Shown here piece by piece: positions 20,567-34,861 of a stretch of 64,000 nucleotides of DNA. The stretch lies in NCBI GenBank assembly GCA_963777445.1, contig CAVZQR010000017.1, positions 197,226-261,225 of the forward strand, in the 5' to 3' direction. Position numbers and translations under genes: made by a program. This stretch comes from Candidatus Dormiibacterota bacterium (GTDB lineage: Bacteria; Chloroflexota; Dormibacteria; Aeolococcales; Aeolococcaceae). The notes under the pieces are model-generated. The model was given only the letters and a program-made list of their open reading frames with translations. It was not told the origin of the DNA and did no database searches. How positions within the stretch are numbered: position 1 is the first letter of the stretch; each line of letters opens with the position of its first letter.

Positions 20567-21388
20567 TCAGCGCTGGTAGATCTCGCCGAACGGGTACCAC
20601 CACTCCGGGTTGCGCCGGATCGCCGCCTCCAGCCCGGTCGCGATGCGCTGGGTCACGACGGCGTCTGTGTCTCCTGGTTCGATGACCAACGGCGGGTGCA
20701 CCACCAGCCGGTAGCGTCCGCCGAGCGACAGGCATTCGACCGGCATCACCGGCACCTTCGCCACCCGCGCCAGCCACGCCGCGGCGGTGCTGAACTCCAC
20801 CCTGCCGCCGCAGAAGTCGACGGTCACGGTGTCGCCGCGATCGGGGATGTCGCTGAGGATGGCGGCGAACCTGCCCCGGCGCACCGCGCGGATGAGGCCG
20901 CGCGCCGCGTTCGACGACACCAGCACCTCGAGGTCCTGGCGCCGCCGCGCCCAGGCCGCGATCCTGGTCACCAGGTCCGGACCCACCGGCGCCATCACCG
21001 CCGTGACGCGCAGCCCCGAGGCGAACCCGCACGCTGCGGCGACGTCCCAGCTGCCGAAGTGGGCAAGCGCGAACACTCCCCCACCGTGCTCCTCCAGCGC
21101 CGCGTCGGCATGCCCGAGCCCGTAGGCGCGGAAGTGGCGATGCATCGCCTGCGGCGGTACCCCGTACTGCCAGACGAAATCCACCGAGGTGCGCGCGTAG
21201 TTGCGGAATGAGGCGAGCGCTCGGCGTTGCGCGCCGCGGCGATCGAGCGTCGGGTCGAGCACCCGGTGATTGGCGGCACAGCGCCGGCGGCTCGCGGGTG
21301 AGCCGGCGTAGATGCAGGCGCCGATGACGTCGCCCAGGGCATACCGGCCCGATCCGAGCATCCTCAGGCCGAGGCTTGCCGTCCACAT
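20567..21388 (-). CDS. Lysophospholipid/lipid-A-type acyltransferase (LpxL/HtrB-PatA family)
   Basis: Start MWTASLGLRMLGSG at 21388. HX4D catalytic motif in FALAHFGSWDVAA. ...ILSDIPDRGDTVTVDFCGGRVEFSTAAAWLARVAKVPVMPV is typical of the family. Confidence 0.8.
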   Translation of the reverse strand: MWTASLGLRMLGSGRYALGDVIGACIYAGSPASRRRCAANHRVLDPTLDRRGAQRRALASFRNYARTSVDFVWQYGVPPQAMHRHFRAYGLGHADAALEEHGGGVFALAHFGSWDVAAACGFASGLRVTAVMAPVGPDLVTRIAAWARRRQDLEVLVSSNAARGLIRAVRRGRFAAILSDIPDRGDTVTVDFCGGRVEFSTAAAWLARVAKVPVMPVECLSLGGRYRLVVHPPLVIEPGDTDAVVTQRIATGLEAAIRRNPEWWYPFGEIYQR

Positions 21389-21435
21389 GCCGGCGCGGAG
21401 CGCTCTCGAAGGGGGCTCGAGCACTGCCTCCGGCG

Positions 21436-22443
21436 TCAAAGCACCTTGCGGGCCTGGTCGGGCTGGAGCGCGACGTGGTGCTTGGCGATGATCTCGCGCA
21501 CCGTGCCGCTCTGCGCGCGCATCACCAGGCTGTGGGTCTCCGCCCACCAGTTGTGGTAGCGGACGCCGCGCAGGAGTCCCCCACCGCTGATGCCGGTCAC
21601 CGCCACGGCCACCTCGCGTCCGGGCACGAGCCGTTCCATGCTCAGCGACGCTTCGGGGTCGTACCCGGCCTCGCGCATCGCCGCTGCCTCGTCCTCGTGG
21701 CGCACCCACGGACGGCATTGCAATTCGCCGCCGAGGCAGCGCATCGCGCACGCGGCGACGATCGCCTCGCGCGTCCCGCCCGACCCGATCATCACGTCGA
21801 TGCCGGAGCCGGGCCAGGCGGCCATCATGGCGAGGCCGACGTCGCCGTCACTGACGATGGCAACCCGGGCCCCCAGCGCGCGCAGCCGCTCGAGGAGCGC
21901 CTGGTGGCGCGGCCGGTCGAGCAGGACGACGGTGAGGTCCTGCACCTGCACGTTCATGGCGAAGGCCACCCGGCGGAGGTTGTTCTCCGGGGTGTCACTG
22001 ATGTCGACGGCGCCGCGCGCCTGCGGGCCGACAGCGATCTTGTGCATGTAGGCGACCGGCGGCGGCAGCAGGATGCCCCCCGTCTCAGCGACGCACGCGA
22101 CGCTGAGCGCCTGGCTCAGCCCACCCGCAACCAGGCTGATGCCGTCGACGGGCAGCACCGCGAGGTCGACGCGCTCCCGGCCGGCCCCGATGGTCCGGCC
22201 CGCGACCAGGCGGTTGTTGGAGCCCTCCGGACCGATGACGATCCGGCCCTCGAAGGGCATGGTGGTGAGCGCCTCCTCCATCACCGCCTGGCCGGCCTCG
22301 CGGGTGCCGGCCTTGTCACCGCGTCCGAGCCAGCGTCCCACCGAAAGTGCCGCGGCCTCGGTTGCGCGCAGCAACTCGAGGCCGCGGTTCCGCCCACGGG
22401 TCAACTTCTCGGCGGACGATAGGCCGCGCGCTGCCGTGCTCAT
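21436..22443 (-). CDS. glpX: Class II fructose-1,6-bisphosphatase
   Basis: LELLRATEAAALSVGRWLGRGDK...VLPVDGISLVAGG...YMHKIAVGP...IVSDGDVGLAMMA...IDVMIGSGGTREAIVAACAMRCLGGELQ is the full-length GlpX pattern. Confidence 0.9.
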   Translation of the reverse strand: MSTAARGLSSAEKLTRGRNRGLELLRATEAAALSVGRWLGRGDKAGTREAGQAVMEEALTTMPFEGRIVIGPEGSNNRLVAGRTIGAGRERVDLAVLPVDGISLVAGGLSQALSVACVAETGGILLPPPVAYMHKIAVGPQARGAVDISDTPENNLRRVAFAMNVQVQDLTVVLLDRPRHQALLERLRALGARVAIVSDGDVGLAMMAAWPGSGIDVMIGSGGTREAIVAACAMRCLGGELQCRPWVRHEDEAAAMREAGYDPEASLSMERLVPGREVAVAVTGISGGGLLRGVRYHNWWAETHSLVMRAQSGTVREIIAKHHVALQPDQARKVL

Positions 22444-22461
22444 CGCCAGCAGCGTACCCGG

Positions 22462-25494
<3,033 letters not shown>

Positions 25495-25527
25495 TCACGC
25501 CGACGCACCGATGTTCGAAAGTCAGCG

Positions 25528-26142
25528 TCAGCCGGCTCTCGCCTCGAGGAAGACGACCCGGGTCTCATCGGTCTCGCCCGTTGATCCGGTGAGGACGAGT
25601 CGGGGTTGCGGCTCCCAGGCCCCTTCGGCGAGGCCCATCTCCTTGGCGAACTTGCCGACGGGGTCGAACTCGCCTCCTTCAGCGGCGCCGAAGCGGGCCG
25701 GCACGACGATGCTCGGCTCCACGGCGTTGACGAGCTTGGCGGCGTCGATGGCGCCGAGCGCGTCGCCGCCACCGACGGGGATGACCAGGACGTCGACGTG
25801 GCCGAGACTGTCGATCTCGTCCTCGGTGAGCTGCCGCCGGAGGCGCCCGGCGGCGACCACGCGCACGTCGTCGAGCGCGATCCGCATGACCGTCGTCTCT
25901 CCGGCCGCGAGCCCGAGGATGCCCACACCGCCGATCTCGAACTCACCGGGACCAGCGACCTCCTGGAGCTCTCCCTCGCGCGGGCGCAGCGTTGCGGGAT
26001 CGGTGGCGCCCTCGGTGCGGACGATCAGGCCGACCGTCCCCTTGGCGAGCCCGGGCAGCGCCGTCTGGGGTGGATCGATGACGACCGTGATCTCCTTGCC
26101 GCGAAGCCGGATGCACGAATGGCCGTGATATGTCAGTTCCAT
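25528..26142 (-). CDS. UPF0173-like metal-dependent hydrolase (MBL fold)
   Basis: MELTYHGHSCIRLRGKEITVVIDP... with ...VDVLVIPVGGGDALG. The size (204 aa) and N-terminus are typical of the UPF0173/YtkL family. Confidence 0.7.
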   Translation of the reverse strand: MELTYHGHSCIRLRGKEITVVIDPPQTALPGLAKGTVGLIVRTEGATDPATLRPREGELQEVAGPGEFEIGGVGILGLAAGETTVMRIALDDVRVVAAGRLRRQLTEDEIDSLGHVDVLVIPVGGGDALGAIDAAKLVNAVEPSIVVPARFGAAEGGEFDPVGKFAKEMGLAEGAWEPQPRLVLTGSTGETDETRVVFLEARAG

Positions 26143-26170
26143 GCGAGCCCAGTGTGCCGCCTCGGGGCCA

Positions 26171-27247
26171 TCAGGCGCTCCCGACCGTCAGCTGCACGGT
26201 TTTGGACGCGCCATCCCGATACACGGAGATGGTCACCTGCTCGCCCGGAGCGAGCCCGAGCACGGTCGGGTCGAATGGGTGCGACGCGTCGAGCGGCGTG
26301 CTGCCGACGGCGGTGACCACGTCGCCGGGGAGCAGACCGGCCGCAGCACCCGGGCCGCCCGTGGTGACCGAGAGGATCAGCGCCCCCACCGGCGCCCCGG
26401 CAGCCGCGGCGGTTGCCGGATCGATCACCTGGGACTGGACCCCGAGCGCCGGCACCGGGGCGTTCCCACCACCGTTGGTCGCCGCGGCGGTGAGTGTCGC
26501 CGCCGAGGTCATGGAGAGCGCCACGACGCCCGGCGCCGAGTTCGCCGCATCGACCACGACGCCGATCACGTTGCCGTTACCGTCGAGCAGCGGCGCACCA
26601 TCCTGGCGCGGATCGGGGGTCGCGTCCACGGTGAGCGCGTCGCGCAACGGCGGCTCGGTGTCGGACAGGGTCACCGTGATGCCGACCGAGCGCACCGCCC
26701 CGGTCGAGAGGATGACCGGGGAGAAGGGCGCGTGCGCCACGCGATGGCGAGGTCGCCAACCCGAGGTGCGACCGTGGCAAACGTGAGCGGGGTGAGTCCC
26801 TGCGCCCCGACGGCCTGGAGCAGGACCACGCCGTGGGTCGGATCGGCGCGGACGATCGTGGCCGGATAGCTGTGGCCGTCCGCGGTGGCGATCCGGAGCG
26901 GGGATGCACCCTCGACGGCGTGGACGCTGGTCATCACGAGACCGTTCGCCGAGACCACGAAGCCGTCGACGATGCCCGTCGGTCCGGCGAGGAGCGACGC
27001 CGGGGTGACCGGCTTGGTGAGCACCTCGACAACCGACACCGACTTCGCCTGGGCGATCGATCCGGCCGTCAGCGTGCCGCTGGTGCCCCCGGAGCCTCGG
27101 AATGATGTTCTCCTGGGTGACCCGCTCCACCGGGCCGAAGCGCGCGTAGATCGCCCACGCCGCGAGGCCGCCGCCGATCAGGCCGATCACCGCGCTGAGC
27201 ACGATCACCGCGATGAGCCGCTCGCGCCGCCGCGCGGCCGTGGTCAT
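26171..27247 (-). CDS. HtrA/DegP-like trypsin-fold + PDZ protein with degenerate catalytic triad, two frame changes
   Basis: N-terminal TM LIAVIVLSAVIGLIGGGLAAW. Protease core is GFVVSANGLVMTSVHAVEG (His kept). ADPTHGVVLLQ has Gly where DegP has the catalytic Asp in DPRSDIALIQ. DATPDPRQDGAPLLDGNGNVIGVV has RQDGA in place of GNSGG. PDZ-like C-terminus is GALILSVTTGGPGAAAGLLPGDVVTAVG. Shifts lie near 27088 (C5 run) and 26740. Confidence 0.7.
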   Translation of the reverse strand: MTTAARRRERLIAVIVLSAVIGLIGGGLAAWAIYARFGPVERVTQENIIPRLRGHQRHADGRIDRPGEVGVGCRGAHQAGHPGVAPRRTDGHRRRLRGLGERSRDDQRPRRRGCIPAPDRHRGRPQLSGHDRPRRSDPRRGPAPGRRGAGTHPAHVCHGRTSGWRPRHRVAHAPFSPVILSTGAVRSVGITVTLSDTEPPLRDALTVDATPDPRQDGAPLLDGNGNVIGVVVDAANSAPGVVALSMTSAATLTAAATNGGGNAPVPALGVQSQVIDPATAAAAGAPVGALILSVTTGGPGAAAGLLPGDVVTAVGSTPLDASHPFDPTVLGLAPGEQVTISVYRDGASKTVQLTVGSA

Positions 27248-28182
27248 TCGGTGGGTGCCGCGGCCCGCTGTCTCAGGTAGCGAACGATGCCGGCCGCGTT
27301 GCTGTGCACACCGTTGAGCACCTCGGCCTTCTCGCGAACGCCCTCGGGCAGGGTCGCCGAGTCCAGCGCGAACGCCTCGGCGAGCGCGGCCGCGACGTCA
27401 TCGATGCCCGCGTCCGCAGCATCCTCGATCACGCGTTGCGCGACCTCGACCCAGCTGTGCAGCATCTCCTCGGCCTCAGCAAGCGTGGCCTGTGCGTCGG
27501 CGACCGGACCGTAATGGGTGAGCACCATGTGCTCGGGGCGGAGTTCGGCAAAGCGGCGCAGGCTGTGGGTCGCCTGCTCGAGGTCGAACTCGGGGGGTGG
27601 GGTCGCCGGCCGGAGCACGCCGAGGTCCGGGAGGAGGACGCCGACCGCATCCCCGACGAGCAGGGTGCCTGTCTGTTCGTCAAGGACCGCGTGGTGGTGC
27701 TTGGCGTGCCCCGGGGAGTCGACCAGGACCAGTTCGCGGCCGTTGCCCACGTCCACCCGGAAGCCGTCCGCGGCGGCGATGAGGCGGTCCTCCGGGACGG
27801 CGGTCATCCTGCCGTACAGGTTGTCGAGAAGCGGTCCGTACACCCGCGAGGCGCTGTCGATGAGCCGGGTCGGATCCACCAGGTGACGGGCTCCGCGCTC
27901 GTGCACCACCACGGTTGCCGACGGGAAGTCCCGGGCAAGATCCCCGACCGCTCCGGCGTGATCGAGGTGGATGTGGGTGACGATGATCCAGCGCAGGTCG
28001 AGGGGTCCGAGCCCCAGCGCGTCGAGCGCCGCGTGCACGGCCGGGACGCTGGACTGTGAGCCGGTCTCGACGAGTGCGGGCATCGGGCCGTCGATCAGGA
28101 ATCCGGCGGTGAGCTGGTCCATGCCGCCCAGCAGCGTGTCGAGCTGCCGGATTCCGGGTGCGATGTCAACGGCAGCGATCAT
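27244..28182 (-). CDS. MBL-fold metallo-hydrolase
   Basis: HxHxDH motif in WIIVTHIHLDHAGAVGDL, plus downstream VDSPGHAKHH and LTHYGPV. The stop overlaps the start of the HtrA-like gene by 4 nt. Confidence 0.8.
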   Translation of the reverse strand: MIAAVDIAPGIRQLDTLLGGMDQLTAGFLIDGPMPALVETGSQSSVPAVHAALDALGLGPLDLRWIIVTHIHLDHAGAVGDLARDFPSATVVVHERGARHLVDPTRLIDSASRVYGPLLDNLYGRMTAVPEDRLIAAADGFRVDVGNGRELVLVDSPGHAKHHHAVLDEQTGTLLVGDAVGVLLPDLGVLRPATPPPEFDLEQATHSLRRFAELRPEHMVLTHYGPVADAQATLAEAEEMLHSWVEVAQRVIEDAADAGIDDVAAALAEAFALDSATLPEGVREKAEVLNGVHSNAAGIVRYLRQRAAAPTE

Positions 28183-28202
28183 TGCTCGGGACTGCTCGCA
28201 GG

Positions 28203-31200
28203 CTACGGCGCCGGGGACGGCGACTGTTGGGCGAGCAGCTTCACCAGCGCCTGCAGGTCCGCCTGGACCTTGGCTTCCTCGGCGCCGTAAAGGGTGAAGT
28301 TGCCGGCCGCCAGCGCGGCATTCGCGGCCGCGTTGTCGGCGACGATCTTGTTGTCCAGGGCGATGATCTGCTGCTGGAGCGAGCCGCTCGGGGTCGCGGT
28401 CGGCGTCGGGGTCGTGCCCGGGCTCGGCGACGCGGTGGGCGTGGTCGACGGGGACGGCGAGGGCGTCGGCGTTGCCGTCCCGCCGCCGTTGGTCAACCCC
28501 GGGATCGGCTGGGTGGTGCTGAAGAGCGCCTGTAACGCTGCGCTGAACGACGTGCCCTGCGCGACGCTGTTCTGATCACCGACGATCACCTCCTGCAACT
28601 GCGGGAACGCGGTGCCGCCGTTGGCGGCCGCGGTCACGTAGAGCGGCCGGATGTAGAGGAAGGAATCGTTGTTGAAGGGGAGGATGATCACGTTGCCCAG
28701 CGTGACCTGTGACCCGTTGTGGCTCAGCAGGGTGATCTCCGAGCTGATCTGCGGATTGGTGTTGATGTTGTTGTCGAACTGCAGGGGACCGAGCACGTTG
28801 TCGGCGTTGTTCAGGCGGACCGCGACCAGCTTGGGCTCGCTCGTTCCCGTGTAGTCGCACTGGGCCGCAAGCCACGCGGTCATGTTGTTCGCGGTGGCGC
28901 CGCCGCCGCTGGCTCCCGGAGAGAACGTCTGGAGGAGCACGAACTGCGGGCTGCTGGTGCCGGGCAATGTCACCTCGACGTAGTACGCCGTGGTCGCCTG
29001 GTTGGTCCCGTTGAGGTTCTCCTGGGCGATGTTGAACAGGTCGGCGCCCTGGTAGAACACCGACGGGCTGTGGATGTGCACCACCGCGTAGGCCTGCGCC
29101 TGGTCGTTGAAGAGGTCTTCCGGGTAGCGCAGATGCGACCGCAGGTACGTCGACATCTGGTCGAGCGGCAGCAGCAACCCCGGGTAGATCGCGTTCCAGG
29201 CTGCGGTGATCGGCTCGTTGAGGTCGACCGCGTAGAGCTTGATCGCGCAGGTCTTGGCGTCGATGACGGCCTTGACGGCGTTGCGCATGTACGACGTGCC
29301 GTCGCTCTGCTGATACGCCTCGGGGAAGAGCGACGACTTGACGTACGCGTCAGCGATCCACACCAGGTGCCCGCTGGAGGGATCGACCACGACGTACGGA
29401 TCCGAATCGACGGTCAGAAACGGCGCGAGCGAGGTGATCCGCGACTTGATCTGGCGGTTGACGAGCGCGCGGCTGTTCGCGGTGAGCGAGTTGTTGAGGA
29501 AGAGGTTGAAGCCACCGAAGTCCTGCAGCGACAGCGCCAGCTTGTCGATCGGGTTGGTGATCGGGATGCCGACCTGGGTCGCGTCGGCGTGGACGGTGTT
29601 GTCGCCGCTGCCGGACGGGTAGTTGAACTCCGGCTGGGTCGTCCCGGAGACGACGTTCTGGGTGGTGTCCAGCCCGCAGTAGATGCTCGGATCTGCGGTT
29701 GTCGAATTGTTGAACGAGAGATCGGGAGGGGCTGTGGGACTGACCTGGGTCATCGGCTGTTGCCCGACCAGGACCTGCGGCTTGCCCTCACCGCCCACGG
29801 CGTTGACCGACACGGCGGTGATGCCGTACCCATGGGTGTAGTTCAGCGACGTGTTCACGAACGATGGATTGGGAATGTCCGCCTCGGCGATCTCGCGCGG
29901 TCCGAGCATGACCTCCGTATCGCCGCCGCCCACTGCCGGATATCGATCGACGCTGATCGTGGAGTACGTCTGATAGCTGCGGCTCCGGTCGATCTGGGCG
30001 AGGGTGTCGGGCAGCTGGGTGGGATCCTGGATACGGACGTTCTGGAGCGTCCCGACGTCCTGCCCGAGGTCGGTGAGCGTCGGCGCGTGCGGTGTGCCGA
30101 AGCTGCGGTTCTGGACCTGCGGATTGGATCCGTCGTCCTGGATCGCCCACGCGTACCGGCTGGTGGTGAGGAAGTCACTGATCGTGGGGGTCTGCGCGGT
30201 CTGCTCATTCGGCCCGACGCTGGTGGCCTGGTAGACGGCGGCGGGGATGCCCTGGGCAAGTCCGGCGACCAGCAGCCAGCCGCCGAGCATGGATCCGAAC
30301 GCGATCGCGGTACCGGTTGAGGCGTGCCGCCAGCGCAGCCCGACCAGCACCAGCGTCACCACGGCCAGCACCAGCGCCAGGACCTGGAGGAAGCCGAGCA
30401 CCGGCTGGATCACCGCACGCTGGGTGGCGTCGAGCCCGACGTAGTTCCCGCCCTGGGAGTGCTGGGTGGTGGCGAGGTGGTAGACGCCGAAGTGCGCGCC
30501 GAGCGCGGCGAGCACGAAGACCGCGGCCAGCGCGATCCCGGCGGTGATGACCGCCGCGCGCAGCGCGCCCTCCGGGGTGCGTCCGGGCGGCGGCTCCAGG
30601 GGCAGCGGCAGCTCCTCGGGAGCGTTCATCACCGTGACCGAGATGACCGCCATGGCGATCGCGGCGAGCAGCCCGAGGAGCACAGCCCCCCAGAGCAGGC
30701 CCATGAAATCGTCCACCGCGGGCAGGGTGAAGACAAAGAAGGAGTAGTCCTGGTGAAAGACCGGATCGGTGGCCCCGAACGGCACCGAGTGGAGCCAGAC
30801 CAGGATGTCCTGCCAGTCGCCGGACAGGGTTGACCCACCGGCGATGCCGGCGAGCACCGCGATCACCGCACCGGACCAGAGCGCGATCTTTCGACCGCGC
30901 CGGTCAAGGTTTGCCGCCGAGAAGGCACACCCCACCACGGCCGCGCCGAAGACCACCGCCACGATGGCGAATCCGATGAAGAACAGGATGATGTGGGCGA
31001 TCAGCGGCGTCCAGAAGACGTTGGTGTGGCCGACGCTCTGGTAATAGAGGTAGTCGGCGCGGAGCCCGAGCAGCCATCGAGCCACGACGAGCAGCACGAG
31101 GATCGCCGCGATGACTCCGAAGATGATGATCCGCCGCCGGAGCTGTCCTGGGGGCCGGACGATCCTCGGACGGGAGCGCCGCCGAGCGAAGATCTGCTCG

Positions 31201-31223
31201 GGATCGAAGCCGAAGGCACTCAT
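28203..31223 (-). CDS. UPF0182 family large membrane protein
   Basis: 1,006 aa. N-terminus RRRIIIFGVIAAILVLLVVARWLLGLRADYLYYQSVGHTNVFWT plus seven N-terminal TMs and a large extracytoplasmic domain fit the UPF0182/COG1615 architecture. The C-terminus is a Pro/Thr/Ser-rich linker followed by a coiled coil. Confidence 0.9.
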   Translation of the reverse strand: MSAFGFDPEQIFARRRSRPRIVRPPGQLRRRIIIFGVIAAILVLLVVARWLLGLRADYLYYQSVGHTNVFWTPLIAHIILFFIGFAIVAVVFGAAVVGCAFSAANLDRRGRKIALWSGAVIAVLAGIAGGSTLSGDWQDILVWLHSVPFGATDPVFHQDYSFFVFTLPAVDDFMGLLWGAVLLGLLAAIAMAVISVTVMNAPEELPLPLEPPPGRTPEGALRAAVITAGIALAAVFVLAALGAHFGVYHLATTQHSQGGNYVGLDATQRAVIQPVLGFLQVLALVLAVVTLVLVGLRWRHASTGTAIAFGSMLGGWLLVAGLAQGIPAAVYQATSVGPNEQTAQTPTISDFLTTSRYAWAIQDDGSNPQVQNRSFGTPHAPTLTDLGQDVGTLQNVRIQDPTQLPDTLAQIDRSRSYQTYSTISVDRYPAVGGGDTEVMLGPREIAEADIPNPSFVNTSLNYTHGYGITAVSVNAVGGEGKPQVLVGQQPMTQVSPTAPPDLSFNNSTTADPSIYCGLDTTQNVVSGTTQPEFNYPSGSGDNTVHADATQVGIPITNPIDKLALSLQDFGGFNLFLNNSLTANSRALVNRQIKSRITSLAPFLTVDSDPYVVVDPSSGHLVWIADAYVKSSLFPEAYQQSDGTSYMRNAVKAVIDAKTCAIKLYAVDLNEPITAAWNAIYPGLLLPLDQMSTYLRSHLRYPEDLFNDQAQAYAVVHIHSPSVFYQGADLFNIAQENLNGTNQATTAYYVEVTLPGTSSPQFVLLQTFSPGASGGGATANNMTAWLAAQCDYTGTSEPKLVAVRLNNADNVLGPLQFDNNINTNPQISSEITLLSHNGSQVTLGNVIILPFNNDSFLYIRPLYVTAAANGGTAFPQLQEVIVGDQNSVAQGTSFSAALQALFSTTQPIPGLTNGGGTATPTPSPSPSTTPTASPSPGTTPTPTATPSGSLQQQIIALDNKIVADNAAANAALAAGNFTLYGAEEAKVQADLQALVKLLAQQSPSPAP

Positions 31224-31269
31224 GGACTGAACGAGTGTACGCGCGGGACCTCCCGCGGACGCTTGGGCT

Positions 31270-31563
31270 TCAGCGGCGTTGGAGCAGCAGCCTCACGTCG
31301 AACGGGTCGCGGCGGCGCCGGACCCTGCGTGAAACCTCGGGACGGATCTGCACCATGTAGGGCTCCTGCTGGCGCAGGACCTCCTCGATCGCGTCGGCGA
31401 TGAGCATGCCCGGATGCACCGTCGGCACCCGTTCGCTCAGCGCCTCGGCCATCCGCTCGCTGACCTCGGTGAGGTTGAGCTCGTGCGCCTGCTCGAGCAC
31501 ATCGAGACAGTCGTCGAGCCGCCTGAGCCGAAGCCGGCGATCCTCGCCGTCCATGGAGGTCAT
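31270..31563 (-). CDS. Small hypothetical protein (97 aa)
   Basis: Compact ORF between uvrA and UPF0182 on the same strand. The sequence looks helical (LDDCLDVLEQAHELNLTEVSERMAEALSERV...IADAIEEVLRQQEPYM) with an Arg-rich tail. I recognise no family. Confidence 0.45.
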   Translation of the reverse strand: MTSMDGEDRRLRLRRLDDCLDVLEQAHELNLTEVSERMAEALSERVPTVHPGMLIADAIEEVLRQQEPYMVQIRPEVSRRVRRRRDPFDVRLLLQRR

Positions 31564-31606
31564 CGTTGCGTCACGTTAGCGCACCCGGTGTGATTGCGGT
31601 GTGCGC

Positions 31607-34525
<2,919 letters not shown>

Positions 34526-34649
34526 TGACGCTCTAGCGTACCCAAGTGGCGTCGATGACCAACAGGCGCCTAACGGAGGCCATGGGCCGCACAGCATACC
34601 AAACGCATGTTCGTCTTGCGAGAGGCCCCGTCAGCCGTCGTCGGGTGAG

Positions 34650-34858
34650 TCAGACGGGCAGCGCGCGCCGAGTCTGCCGACGACGCGGCGATTTCGCGAC
34701 AGGCCGGCCCGGCTCGATCCCAAGCGCCGTCGCGAGGCGGGCGTAGGTGTCGATCGTTGGACTCTCCGGCCTCGCTCGATCTTGCTGACCTCCGCTTGGC
34801 CGATTCCCGCCCGCTCCGCCAACTGCTGCGCTGACCGGACGAAGCGAAACCCGAGCCC
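34650..34858 (-). pseudogene. Remnant of an XRE-family HTH gene (no start codon, one frame change)
   Basis: Immediately after the clpC stop the frame reads PGLGFRFVRSAQQLAERAGIGQAEVSKIERG. After a 1-nt shift near 34770 it reads PESPTIDTYARLATALGIEPG...*. This is a recognisable HTH_3 domain lacking its N-terminus and any ATG/GTG/TTG start. Confidence 0.4.
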
Positions 34859-34861
34859 CGG

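Noticed and set aside
17598-20579. 993-aa plus-strand ORF, the second-longest in the track
   Set aside because: It runs antisense to the well-supported UPF0104 and DegV genes. Its composition is Arg/Gly/Asp/His/Pro-dominated with no recognisable domain, as expected for open antisense frames in high-GC DNA. Only a short stretch (19860-19930, MISPWVVAAWCVAAYLIGALPVG) is real coding sequence, namely the frameshifted N-terminus of plsY.
20163-21386. 407-aa minus ORF overlapping the acyltransferase and plsY
   Set aside because: It is an alternative frame of the HX4D acyltransferase and antisense to plsY. Its extreme Arg/Gly/Pro content marks it as an artefact.
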